From Candidatus Aminicenantes bacterium (GTDB lineage: Bacteria; Acidobacteriota; Aminicenantia; Aminicenantales; Saccharicenantaceae): a DNA stretch of 64,000 nt. Positions 11,584-20,699 of this stretch are shown piece after piece. The notes beneath the pieces are model-generated. The model was not told where the DNA came from. It made no database searches and worked only from the letters and a program-made list of their open reading frames with translations. Made by a program: the position numbers and the translations under genes. The first letter of the stretch is position 1, and each line of letters begins with the position of its first letter. The DNA is taken from contig CAWJKR010000013.1 in the NCBI GenBank assembly GCA_963843505.1, positions 146,350 to 210,349 on the forward strand, read 5' to 3'.

Positions 11584-12479
11584 CTATCGGCCCGCCCGGC
11601 GAGGCGCGTTCGTCGTGAAGGCGGCCTTGAGGCGCCGCATTTGTTCCTGCCGGCAGAACCGGATCACTTCCGGAGGCGCTTTTCTCTGTTCCCTCCTGAG
11701 GGCTGCCGCGAGGTACCCTGCCAGGATCGCCAGCCCGCCGAAGCCGAAAGGCGGGCGGGTCATCTGATAAAGGGAGCGGAAAACCTGCCAAGCGGGGTGG
11801 CTTCCCAGATAATATTCCTTGACACCCTGGCGGAACAGAAAGCCGAGTTGCTTGCCGCCCCCGGTTCCGATCTTACGATGATGGACGACGCTGCGCTCCG
11901 TGAACGTCCGGGTCTTCCAGCCCATCATCCGCGCCGTCGTGACGGCCAGCCAATCGATCCCGCCGCCCTCGATCGGCCGGTACCCGCCGATGGCCTCAAA
12001 GCACTCGCGCCGGAAGATCTGGCAGGCGCCGGACACGTGCTCGATGTTCGTGATACCGGTAGTCGTAGGCCGGACCCGCCTGTTCGACGAAGGGGACTCC
12101 CGCGACGCCGAGACGACGGGTCTTCGGCGAAGCGGGCCAGGAGGAACTCAAAAATGTCGGGGCCGAATGACAGGTCGGCGTCGAGATTCCCGATGATGTC
12201 ATGCGGGACCTGCCGGACGACTGCGTAGCCGGCGGCGAACGCTCGGGCCTTGGCCGCGAACTGACGGTCGGGATGCTCCGGGCCCTTCACGTACCGGATC
12301 CAGGTGTGGCGGGAGGCATGGTCCTGGACGATCTCATCCGTCCTGTCCGTGGACCCGTCGCTGACGATGACCCATCGTTCAGGCAGGACCGTCTGACCCG
12401 CGACCGACAGGATAGCCCCTTCCAAGAAGGCCTCCTCGTTCCTGGCGGGCGTGATCAAGACGTATTTTGGGACCATCAT
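11584..12479 (-). CDS. Family-2 glycosyltransferase, frameshifted
   Basis: ORF 11925..12479 reads YVLITPARNEEAFLEGAILSVAGQTVLPERWVIVSDGSTDRTDEIV...IIGNLDADLSFGPD (DxD). ORF 11584..12036 reads SGACQIFRRECFEAIGGYRPIEGGGIDWLAVTTARMMGWK. Two frame changes near 12040-12130. Confidence 0.8.
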
Positions 12480-12642
12480 CGAGGAACTCGTTCGGGCATG
12501 CGTTCTTGACCCATGGGGTTGTCCGCTGGCCTTCCGCCGCCCCTTTCATCCCTGGTTGGCTTTCATCCGCTCGATCGCCGATCGACGGGAAAAATCTATT
12601 ATTATTCGCCGGGAGAGTCAAGATATTGCGGTGGGCGGAAGG

Positions 12643-12672
12643 TTGTAATCCGGCCGGGTCCTTTGATATAAT
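12643..12672 (+). promoter_or_regulatory. Candidate sigma70-type promoter for the ACP-algD operon
   Basis: TTGTAA (12643-12648), 18-nt spacer, then TGaTATAAT with the -10 at 12667-12672. It lies ~150 nt upstream of the ACP start. Recognised by consensus only. Confidence 0.4.
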
Positions 12673-12691
12673 CTCACCCCTAGAGGTGAGG
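12672..12691. promoter_or_regulatory. 20-nt imperfect palindrome over the predicted transcription start, identical to 10156-10175
   Basis: TCTCACCCCTAGAGGTGAGG has arms CTCACC/GGTGAG and starts at the last base of the -10. Further palindromes follow: GGGGAT..ATCACCCC and CTTGATTCATCAAG (about 12712-12725). Confidence 0.45.
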
Positions 12692-12824
12692 CTAAGGGGA
12701 TAAAGATCACCCCTTGATTCATCAAGAAAGGTGGATTCCTGTTCCCCCCTTGGCATTGTATGCTGATGTTTTGATCTCATTGGGATGATTTATTCCTAAT
12801 CCGGAATCTGAGAAGGAGCGAGGC

Positions 12825-13112
12825 ATGAACATGGCTAGCCACGATGCCACAGCCGTCAAATCTTCCATAAGGGACTTCCTCACGCATTCCGTCATGCCTC
12901 TGGCGAGGGTCGACGCTTTCAGGGACGATGAATCGTTCCTCGAACGGGGCATCCTCGATTCCACGGGCGTCCTGGAGCTGGTCGGATTCATCGAGAAGCA
13001 GTTCTCCGTCCGCGTCGAAGCCGATGAGATCACTCCCGACAACCTCGATTCCCTTGAAAAGCTGGCGGCCTTCGTGTCGCGGAAGACGGCCGCGGCGGGA
13101 CCCCGAGGCTAG
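12825..13112 (+). CDS. Acyl/peptidyl carrier protein (DltC-like)
   Basis: 95-aa ORF with the phosphopantetheine-site context GILDSTGVLELVGFIEKQF. RBS GAAGGAG precedes it. The stop lies 2 nt before the algD-like start. Confidence 0.8.
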   Translation: MNMASHDATAVKSSIRDFLTHSVMPLARVDAFRDDESFLERGILDSTGVLELVGFIEKQFSVRVEADEITPDNLDSLEKLAAFVSRKTAAAGPRG

Positions 13113-13114
13113 AT

Positions 13115-14428
13115 TTGCGTATCAGCATCTTCGGCCTGGGCTATGTCGGGAGCGTGAGCCTTGCCTGTCTGGCCCAAGGCGGCCATGAGGTCGTCGGCGT
13201 CGACGTCAACCCGAGCAAGATCGACCTCATCAACCGCGGCCAATCGCCGATCGTCGAAAAGGACTTGGGGCGGATCATCAAGGAAGCGAGGCTGAAAAAG
13301 ATGATCTCCGCGACCTCCGACGCCGAGGCCGCCGTTCTCGCTTCCGATGTCAGCTTCATCTGCGTGGGGACTCCGCCTACGAAGGAAGGTCATCTGAATC
13401 TGGCGGGCATTTTCGGGGTGGCCCGGGATATCGCCGTGGCGCTCGCCAAGAAACCCGGCTTCCATGTGGTCGTCGTCCGATCCACGGTGATGCCGGGGAC
13501 CAATCGGAAGATCACCGAGCTCATCGAGCGCACTTCGAAAAAGAAGAGCGGGAGGGACTTCGCGGTCGTTTCGAATCCGGAATTCTTGCGCGAGGGAACG
13601 GCCGTCCATGATTTCTTCAACCCCCCCTACACGCTGATCGGGGCGGCGGAGAGCCGGGGCATCGAATCCTTGAAGAGAGTCTACGCCGCCGTCGATGCTC
13701 CGGTCGTCCAGGTGGAAGCCAAGATCGCCGAATTGATCAAGTACGTCAACAACTCCTTTCACGCGCTCAAGATCTGTTTCGCCAACGAGGTCGGGAACAT
13801 CTGCAGCGCCCTGGACATCGATTCCCATCGGGTCATGGAGACATTCTGCCTCGACACGAAATTGAACATCTCCCCGAGCTACCTCAAGCCGGGCTTCGCC
13901 TACGGGGGATCGTGCCTGCCCAAGGACCTGAGGGCCCTCTGCGCCATCGCCCACGATCATTACATCAGGTGCCCCGTCCTCGAGAACATCGAACCGAGCA
14001 ACGAAACCCAGAAGGGGAGGGCCCTGGAGAAGATCATCGAGTTCGGCAAACAGAAGATCGGCTTCTTGGGCCTGAGCTTCAAGGCCGGGACAGATGACCT
14101 TCGCAGCAGCCCGATCGTGGACGTCCTGGAAAACCTGTTGGGGAAGGGCTTCGACATCAAGATCTTCGACGAGAGCGTCAGCCTGGCCAAGCTGGTCGGG
14201 GGGAACAGGGATTACATCATGCAGCGCATCCCTTTCATCTCCCGGTTCCTGGCCGACGATATCTCCGAGGTCATCTCCCATGCCGACGTCATCGTCATCG
14301 TCAATAAAGAGCGCGGCTTCAGCGAGGCCCTGAGGAAGCTCCCCCGGAACAAGATCGTCTTCGATCTGGTCAATATCGATTTTCCCGGGCGGAAGAGCCA
14401 TAGGAACTATCACGGTGTTTCATGGTAA
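13115..14428 (+). CDS. algD: GDP-mannose 6-dehydrogenase (AlgD family)
   Basis: Intact 437-aa ORF with a TTG start. It tracks my memory of P. aeruginosa AlgD from N-terminus to C-terminus: MRISIFGLGYVG...HEVVGVDVNPSKIDLINRGQSPIVE, NPEFLREGTAVHDF, GFAYGGSCLPKDLRAL, GLSFKAGTDDLRSSP, and the end GVSW (AlgD ends GICW). Confidence 0.85.
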   Translation: MRISIFGLGYVGSVSLACLAQGGHEVVGVDVNPSKIDLINRGQSPIVEKDLGRIIKEARLKKMISATSDAEAAVLASDVSFICVGTPPTKEGHLNLAGIFGVARDIAVALAKKPGFHVVVVRSTVMPGTNRKITELIERTSKKKSGRDFAVVSNPEFLREGTAVHDFFNPPYTLIGAAESRGIESLKRVYAAVDAPVVQVEAKIAELIKYVNNSFHALKICFANEVGNICSALDIDSHRVMETFCLDTKLNISPSYLKPGFAYGGSCLPKDLRALCAIAHDHYIRCPVLENIEPSNETQKGRALEKIIEFGKQKIGFLGLSFKAGTDDLRSSPIVDVLENLLGKGFDIKIFDESVSLAKLVGGNRDYIMQRIPFISRFLADDISEVISHADVIVIVNKERGFSEALRKLPRNKIVFDLVNIDFPGRKSHRNYHGVSW

Positions 14429-15628
14429 AGGCCGGCCATATCCTCTTCATCGTCGAAAACAACACGGTGCCGTTCGACCGGCGCGTGTGGGCCGAAGCCC
14501 GGGCGGCCCGCGAATTCGGCTACGAGGTCTCGGTCATCTGCCCGTTTGACCGGACGCCGCGATTCCGGCCCGGACATCATCGACGGCATCAGGATCTACC
14601 GACATCCCCGCCCGATCGAGGGGTCGAGGAACGGAGCGACCATCCTCGAATATATCAATGCCTTCTTTTGGGAATCGCTGTACTCGCTCCGCATCTTCCT
14701 GAATCGTCCGTTCTCGGTCATTCACAGCGCCAATCCCCCGGACCATGTCTTCCTGATCGCGCTGGCGTACAAGATCGCTGGGCGTCAAGTTCATCTTCGA
14801 TCACCATGATCTGACGCCGGAGACCTACATCGCCAAGTTCGGGACCAAGAACCTCATCCACAAGATCCTCTTGGAGATGGAACGGCTGTCTTTTCGATCC
14901 GCGGACCTCGTCATCTCGACCAATGAGTCCTATAAGACGTGTCGCGATCGAGCGGGGAGACAAGAGCGAGAGGGACATCGTCGTCGTGAGGAACGGCCCC
15001 GAGATCTCGGCGATCCCCGACGTCCGCCCCGACCCCGGCCTGCTCGACGGGTTCAAGCACCTGGTCGGGTACGTCGGGATCATCGGGAAGCAGGAAGGGA
15101 TCGAGAATCTGCTCGAGGCCGCGAACCATATCCTTCGGGTCAGGAACAGACAGGACATCAAGTTCGCCGTTGTCGGCACGGGCCCGCATCTCAAGACCGT
15201 GATGCAGAGGTCGAAGGCCATGGGCCTGGAGCGTCATGTCCAGTTCTTCGGATATGTCCCCGACGACCGTCTTTACGAGATCCTGGCGACCTCGGATATC
15301 TGCGTCAATCCCGAGTTCAACAACGAGTTCACGGACCGGTCGACGATGATCAAGATCATGGAGTATATGTGCTTCCGGAAGCCCATCGTCCAGTTCCGGA
15401 CCACCGAGAGCGAGTACTCGGCGGGGGACGCGGCGATCCATATCCGGAACAACGATGTGCCCCAATTCGCGGACGCCATCCTGGCCCTGCTGGGCGATCC
15501 CGTCCCGCAGGGAAAGGATGGGCCGGATCGGGAGAGAAAGGGTCGAGAAGCTGTTGAGCTGGGAGATCCAGAAGAAGAGCCTGGAGACGGCTTACGGCCG
15601 GGTCATCCCCCCGCGACGCCCGCGATGA
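14422..15628 (+). CDS. Family-4 (GT-B) glycosyltransferase, frameshifted
   Basis: The start overlaps the algD stop (ATGGTAA). Fragments: MVKAGHILFIVENNTVPFDRRVWAEARAAREFGYEVSVICP, IDGIRIYRHP...VIHSANPPDHVFLIALAYK, KFIFDHHDLTPE...ADLVISTNESYK, GYVGIIGKQEGIENLL...EFNNEFTDRSTMIKIMEYMCFRKPIV. At least 4 frame changes. The stop at 15628 comes from my own translation. Confidence 0.8.
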
Positions 15629-15706
15629 AAGGGGCCGAGCGCCGGGCTTGTGCGGGAGCTCCTCTCGGAATATGATCGGCGCCGGACGCCCGCAGGCCCA
15701 AAGAAC

Positions 15707-16877
15707 ATGCCGAACCCAGCGATCCGAGAGAGCCTCGACCGGGTGGAGAAGTGGATCGAAGCCCATGATCTCAAAGGCTATGAGCCCTTCGACGGATTGA
15801 CCTCGCTACCTGCTCCCGCTGACGATGAAGTCCCGGTTGGCGAGGCAGGCCCTCCAACAGGCCGTGCGGCGCGCGCCCGTCAACCTCAGGCCCCTCCTCG
15901 GCATCAAGCCCCTCGATTCGACGAAAGGGAGAGGCTATGTCGCCTGGGGGTACCTGAAGCGATTTCGGCATACGAGCGACATGACCTATCGGGACAAGGC
16001 TATCGAGTGCCTTGATTGGCTGGACAGGAACAAGTCGCCCCTCTATCCCCGGCACAGCTGGGGCAATCATTTTACGTATGCGAGCCGGAGCGGCGACATT
16101 CCCCTGCACGAATCCACCGTCGTCTGGACCGGACTGATCGGCCAGGTCTACCTCGAGGCCTACGCGCTGTTCGGCTTGCCCCGTCACCGGGAGATCATCG
16201 AGAGCGTCGCGGATTGGATCATGGCTCTCCCCCGGGAGGAGACGGCCAGCGGCTCGTGTCTGAGCTACATCATGCCGTGTCAGAGATCGATCCACAACTC
16301 GAACATGATCGGAGCGGCCTTCCTGGCCGGCGCCGCCGCGGCGACGCAAAGGCGCGAATACGGACAGGTCGCCCGGCGCGCGATGGAGTACAGCTGCGCC
16401 CGGCAGCTGAAGGACGGGGGCTGGTTCTACGGCGAAGAGCGAAAGCATCAATGGATCGACGCCTTTCACACGGGCTATGACCTCGACGCCCTGAGGAGAT
16501 ACCAGACATTCTCGGGCGACACGAGCTTCTCGGACGCCCTAAAAAGAGGGTATGAGTATTTCAGCGGACACTTCTTCGAGCCGAGCGGCCGGGTCCGGTA
16601 TTACGGCGACAGAACGAGGCCCGTCGATATTCAATGCGCCTCCCAGGCCCTCGATACCCTGGCGCTTTTCGCCGTCGACGATCCCGATGCGGGAGCGTTA
16701 GCCGAACGAACCGCCTTGTGGTATATCCGCCGCATGCAGGACAAAGACGGGCATTTCTATTTCCGTCACTATGCGGGCGGTGTCAACAATAAAGCGGCGA
16801 TGATCCATTGGGGGCAGGCCACGATGCACAAATCCCTGGCCAGCCTCGTTTTGATCGAGCCACAGAAAGCCCGCTGA
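15707..16877 (+). CDS. (alpha/alpha)6-barrel-like protein with prenyltransferase/cyclase-type repeats, function unknown
   Basis: ORF 15825..16877 plus an N-terminus in another frame (MPNPAIRESLDRVEKWIEAHDLKGYEPFDGLTS). Repeat-like motifs RQLKDGGWFYGE, MQDKDGHFYF and HSWGNHF. One frame change near 15810. Confidence 0.4.
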
Positions 16878-16915
16878 CCGCGGCTTTTCATCTCACGTCG
16901 GCAACGGAGACCCGG

Positions 16916-18707
16916 ATGCCAGGGCTTGTCGGGATCATCGGGACGGGGCCCGCGGGCCTCCTTCGGGAAGAGCTCCGCCGTATGACCGCCTGCATGTACA
17001 GAAGGGATTCTTTCGCTTCCGGGACCTACGTCGACGAGAGCCGGCACGCCTATGTCGGGTGGACCTGCCACCCCGGCTCCTATGCGGACGGCCTGCCTAT
17101 CAGGAGCTCTTCGGGCGATGTCACGGTGTTCTTCGCGGGAGAACACCACGGCCCGGTGGGGAGCGATGAGAAGGCCGAGATCCTCCTGCCGCTCTACCTC
17201 GAAAAGGGCGAATCGTTCTTCCCCCATCTGAACGGCTTCTTTCACGGCTTGATCATCGATGCCCGCAACGACGAGGTCATCCTGTTCGATGACCGCTTCG
17301 GCATGCAGCGTCTCTATTATCATGAAGAGCCCGAAGCCTTCTATTTCGCGTCCGAGGCCAAGTCCATCCTGGCCGTGCGCCCGGAGCTGCGGGCCTACGA
17401 TCTCAAGGGCCTCGGCGAATGGCTGAGCTGCGGGGCCGTCCTCGATCATCGCAGCCTTTTCCGGGGCATCGATGTCCTCCCCGGGGCGGCCCGCTGGACC
17501 TGGCGCCGGGACGCCCCTCTCCAGAAGCGGACCTACTTCACGCCGAAGTCCTGGGAGGGCCTGCCGAAGCTCGGGCCGGAGGAGTTCTATTCGCGTCTGC
17601 GCTCGACGTTCGTGTCGAGACTTCCCGCCTATCTCCGAGCCGAGGGGACGATCGGATTGTCCGCGACGGGCGGATTGGATACGCGGATGATCCTGGCCAA
17701 CCTGGGGGCCGGATCAAGCGCGATCCACTGCTATTCGTTCAATGGGCCCTATCGGGAGAATCTCGACGTCTCGATCGGCCGGCGGGTCGCCCGGGCCGTC
17801 GGGCTGCCTCACACGACGGTCACCATCGGGGAGGATTTCTTCCGCCGATTCGACCAGATCGCCAACGACGTCGTCTCGAGCACGGACGGCAACCTGGAAA
17901 TGAGCGGAGCGCCGAACATCTACGTGAATCGGATCGGCCGGGAGATCTCGCCCATCCGGTTGACCGGGAACTACGGCAGCGAGGTCCTGCGGCGGCACGT
18001 CGCCTTCTCCCCGTCGAACTCGATCCGCCGGGTGCTCCGGAAGGAGTGGGCCGAATCCGTGGAGAACACGGCCGCTGTCCTGGCAGGCCATCTCCCGCGA
18101 TCATCCCTTGAGCTTCGTGGCCTTCCGGCAGATCCCCTGGTACAGCTTCAACCGGCTGCAGGCCGAGCAATCGGTCCTGAGCATGCGGTCTCCGTTCATG
18201 GATAACGCCTTTCTGGAGATCGTCTACCGGGCGCCGGAGAAGTGCACCCAGTCCCGGGACATCAGCCTGCGCCTCATCGCCGACGGCGACCGGAGGCTGG
18301 GGGAGATCATGACGGACCGGGGCGTCACCTATCCCCGGAAGCCCTCCTGGATCTGGACGAGGGCCTATTATGAGTTCATTTTCAAGATGGAGTATTACGC
18401 GAGCCACGGGATGCCGAGGTTCCTGGCCTCGATCGACAGACGCCTGGGGCCCTTCGGCCTCGAACGCAACTTCCTGGGACGGAACAAGTACTATCATCTC
18501 CACAAATGGTTCCGCGACGAGCTCGCGCCTTATGTGAGAGATATCCTCCTCTCTGAAAGGGCTTTGTCGAGGGATCACCTCGAACGCCGCGAAGTGATCA
18601 AGGCGGTCGAGGCGCACCTCGCCGGCACCGAAAACAACACCTATGCCATCGACGCCTTATTGACCGTGGAGCTCACGAACAGGCTCCTCCTGGACGGCGG
18701 CTCATGA
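16916..18707 (+). CDS. Asparagine synthase (AsnB)-family amidotransferase homolog lacking the N-terminal Cys nucleophile
   Basis: It starts MPGLVGIIG where AsnB has MCGI. Ntn-domain pattern: FFAGEHHG, FHGLIIDARNDEVILFDDRFGMQRLYY. PP-loop-like GLSATGGLDTRM. C-terminal half is in 18108..18707. One frame change near 18100. Confidence 0.75.
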
Positions 18708-18747
18708 CGCCGCGCCGCAACTTGACAACCGGACCGATTGCCGCATA

Positions 18748-19749
18748 ATGATTTCACCCATGAAGACGTCCGGCCGCGGAAGCGGGAGAGAGACCACCGA
18801 GATCAGCGTCGACGGGAGGTTCCTCACGGTCCCTGCGGTCGTCCTCGACACGGTCACGGTCGCCGTCACGGGCCGCTTCCTCCGGACGGGGTTCATCAAG
18901 GGCGAGGGGTGGCTGGATCCGCGCCAAGTGGGCACGCCCGAGAGCATCGTCGAGGCGCTGAAGCAGAGACAGGCCCCGCTGGACCTCTTCGTGTTCCATC
19001 AGCGGCTCCCCGAGATCGAACCCCGGTACGCCTATCCTCATGAACGGGAGAATGTCGCGGCCATTCCCCTGACCACGTTCGAGGCCTGGTGGGAAGGCCG
19101 GGCTTCCCAGGTCACGCGAAAGAACGTCCGCCGGTCGGTCAAGCGCGGCGTCGAGGTTCGCCGCGTCGATTTCGACGATCGCCTCATCGAGGCCATCGTC
19201 CGGATCAACAACGAAATGCCCTTCCGGAACGGACGGAAGTTCTGGCATTTCGGAAAGGGCTTCGACGCGGTCAAGAAGGACTATTCGGCCTATCTCGACC
19301 GCAGCGAGTTCCTCGGCGCCTTCCACGACGGCGAGCTGATCGGATTTCTGCGGCTCATCGACCAGGGCGAGGTGGCCAGCATCATGCAGCTGCTGAGCCT
19401 GAACAGCCACTCCGACAAGCGGCCCTCCAACGCCCTGATCGCCAAGGCCGTGGAGCTCTGTGTGGAGAAGGGGAAGACGTTCCTCGCCTACGGCCAGTAC
19501 CTCTACGACGATGACGCCGATAACCCCTTGACGGAATTCAAGAGACGGAACGGCTTCGAGGAATTCCTCGTCCCGGTCTTTTTCGTCCCTTTCACATTCC
19601 GGGGGAGGGCCGCGATCAAGCTCCATCTGCACGCCGGGGTGCGGCGGCTGGTCCCGCGGAGGCTCTTGAAGACCGCGCGGACGGTCAGGGCCAAGGTCTT
19701 CGAGCGGCGAAAGAAGGCCGTTACGCCGGATTCGCCTGAAGGAGAGTAG
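18748..19749 (+). CDS. GNAT-fold protein of the FemAB/CelD-like (Acetyltransf_6-type) group
   Basis: Intact 333-aa ORF. Block TRKNVRRSVKRGVEVRRVDFDDRLIEAIVRINNEMPFRNGRKFWHF...EFLGAFHDGELIGFLRLIDQGEVASIMQLLS...ALIAKAVELCVEKGKTFLAYG. Family assigned by pattern only. Confidence 0.45.
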   Translation: MISPMKTSGRGSGRETTEISVDGRFLTVPAVVLDTVTVAVTGRFLRTGFIKGEGWLDPRQVGTPESIVEALKQRQAPLDLFVFHQRLPEIEPRYAYPHERENVAAIPLTTFEAWWEGRASQVTRKNVRRSVKRGVEVRRVDFDDRLIEAIVRINNEMPFRNGRKFWHFGKGFDAVKKDYSAYLDRSEFLGAFHDGELIGFLRLIDQGEVASIMQLLSLNSHSDKRPSNALIAKAVELCVEKGKTFLAYGQYLYDDDADNPLTEFKRRNGFEEFLVPVFFVPFTFRGRAAIKLHLHAGVRRLVPRRLLKTARTVRAKVFERRKKAVTPDSPEGE

Positions 19750-19774
19750 CCCGCCGGAAGCGATCGGTGTGTGA

Positions 19775-19847
19775 GCCGGTGTAGCTCAATGGGCAGAGCA
19801 GCTGAGAAGTTTTCAGCAGACGGAGCGTTCGATTCCTCCCGCCGGCT
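19775..19847 (+). tRNA. tRNA-like gene, positional anticodon AGT (Thr?), non-canonical anticodon loop; possibly specialised, pseudo or assembly-damaged
   Basis: Cloverleaf folded by hand. Acceptor GCCGGTG/CGCCGGC (7 bp including one G-U). D arm GCTC-AATGGGCA-GAGC. Anticodon arm GCTGA-GAAGTTT-TCAGC. T arm GGAG(C)G-TTCGATT-CCTCC. Discriminator U, no encoded CCA. The loop has G32 A33 instead of Y32 U33, and the T stem carries one extra C (19826). Confidence 0.6.
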
Positions 19848-19886
19848 TGATCCTTTCGGGACTTCGGGATACCGGGAACGTGAAAA

Positions 19887-20699
19887 GTGCTCATCATCAC
19901 AGCGGACGACCTGGGCCGGGATCGAGCGGCCACGGATTCCTGCCTGTCGTGTTTCCGGCAAAAGAGGATCACCTCCGCGAGCCTCATGGTCTTCATGGCC
20001 GACTCGGAACGCGCCGCCGAGCTCGCTGAGAGAGAGGGCCTGGAAACGGGGCTTCATCTCAATCTGTCCCTGAGCTATGAGGCCCCCGGGGTCCCCGAGA
20101 GCGCGCGGCGGGCCCAGGACGCGGCCGTCCGTTTCTTTCAACGGGGCCCCTGGACCCAGGTCCTCTATAATCCCTTCATCGCCAGAGCCGTCGCCTCGGC
20201 TTTTCAAGCCCAGCTCGACGAATACCGCCGACTCCTCCGAAGGGACCCCGCCCATATCAACGGGCACAAGCACTTTCATTTGAGCATCAACATGATCTTC
20301 GGGGGCGTCCTGCCGGCCGGCTCGAAGGTCCGGAGGAGCTTTACCTTTTATCGGGGCGAGAAGGGACCGCTCAACAGGGCCTACCGTCGCCTGCTCGACG
20401 CCTGGCTGATCAAGAGGCATATTTCCACCGACGCCTTCTTCAGCCTCAGCCCCACCGACGACGCGCCGCGGCGGGCCCGGATCCTCCGTCTTGCGCAGAC
20501 GCATTGCGTCGAGCTCATGGTCCACCCCTGGAGCCCGGATCATTATGCGCTTCTGACCGGAGGGGCGTTCCCGCCTTCAGCGGCGTCCGCCGTCTTGGGG
20601 AGCTTCTCCGATCTCGGATCCAAGCCGGAAGCCGGTCCCGGCCCTTCATCCCGCGAGGGCCGCCCCGCCGGCCGGCTCAGCGGGACACCATCTCCTTGA
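19887..20699 (+). CDS. YdjC/ChbG-family carbohydrate deacetylase
   Basis: GTG start. LIITADDLGRDRAATDSCLSCFRQKRITSASLMV...HINGHKHFHL matches the YdjC signature (xIxxADDFG, H-x-H). Confidence 0.75.
   Translation: MLIITADDLGRDRAATDSCLSCFRQKRITSASLMVFMADSERAAELAEREGLETGLHLNLSLSYEAPGVPESARRAQDAAVRFFQRGPWTQVLYNPFIARAVASAFQAQLDEYRRLLRRDPAHINGHKHFHLSINMIFGGVLPAGSKVRRSFTFYRGEKGPLNRAYRRLLDAWLIKRHISTDAFFSLSPTDDAPRRARILRLAQTHCVELMVHPWSPDHYALLTGGAFPPSAASAVLGSFSDLGSKPEAGPGPSSREGRPAGRLSGTPSP

Noticed and set aside
10232-11791. 519-aa minus-strand ORF overlapping the Wzy-like gene
   Set aside because: It is an alternative frame of 10198..11571. Its composition is Pro/Arg/Gly-rich with no hydrophobic helices, whereas the Wzy-like frame gives a coherent polytopic membrane protein.
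12679-12824. c-di-GMP or other known riboswitch in the ACP-algD leader
   Set aside because: I could not find the conserved GEMM-type helices or tetraloop-receptor features, or any other consensus I know. It is reported only as an unexplained structured leader.
19801-19817. Link between the odd anticodon arm (possible 9-nt loop if the A-T closing pair opens) and the many frameshifts, as in natural quadruplet decoding or frameshift suppression
   Set aside because: The frame breaks I examined occur in different sequence contexts and in both directions. They do not share a common four-base codon. Assembly indels explain them more simply.
19775-19847. tRNA as the integration site or boundary of a genomic island
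   Set aside because: I saw no integrase, no duplicated tRNA 3' end downstream, and no compositional break. Genes on both sides belong to the same EPS theme and lie on the same strand.
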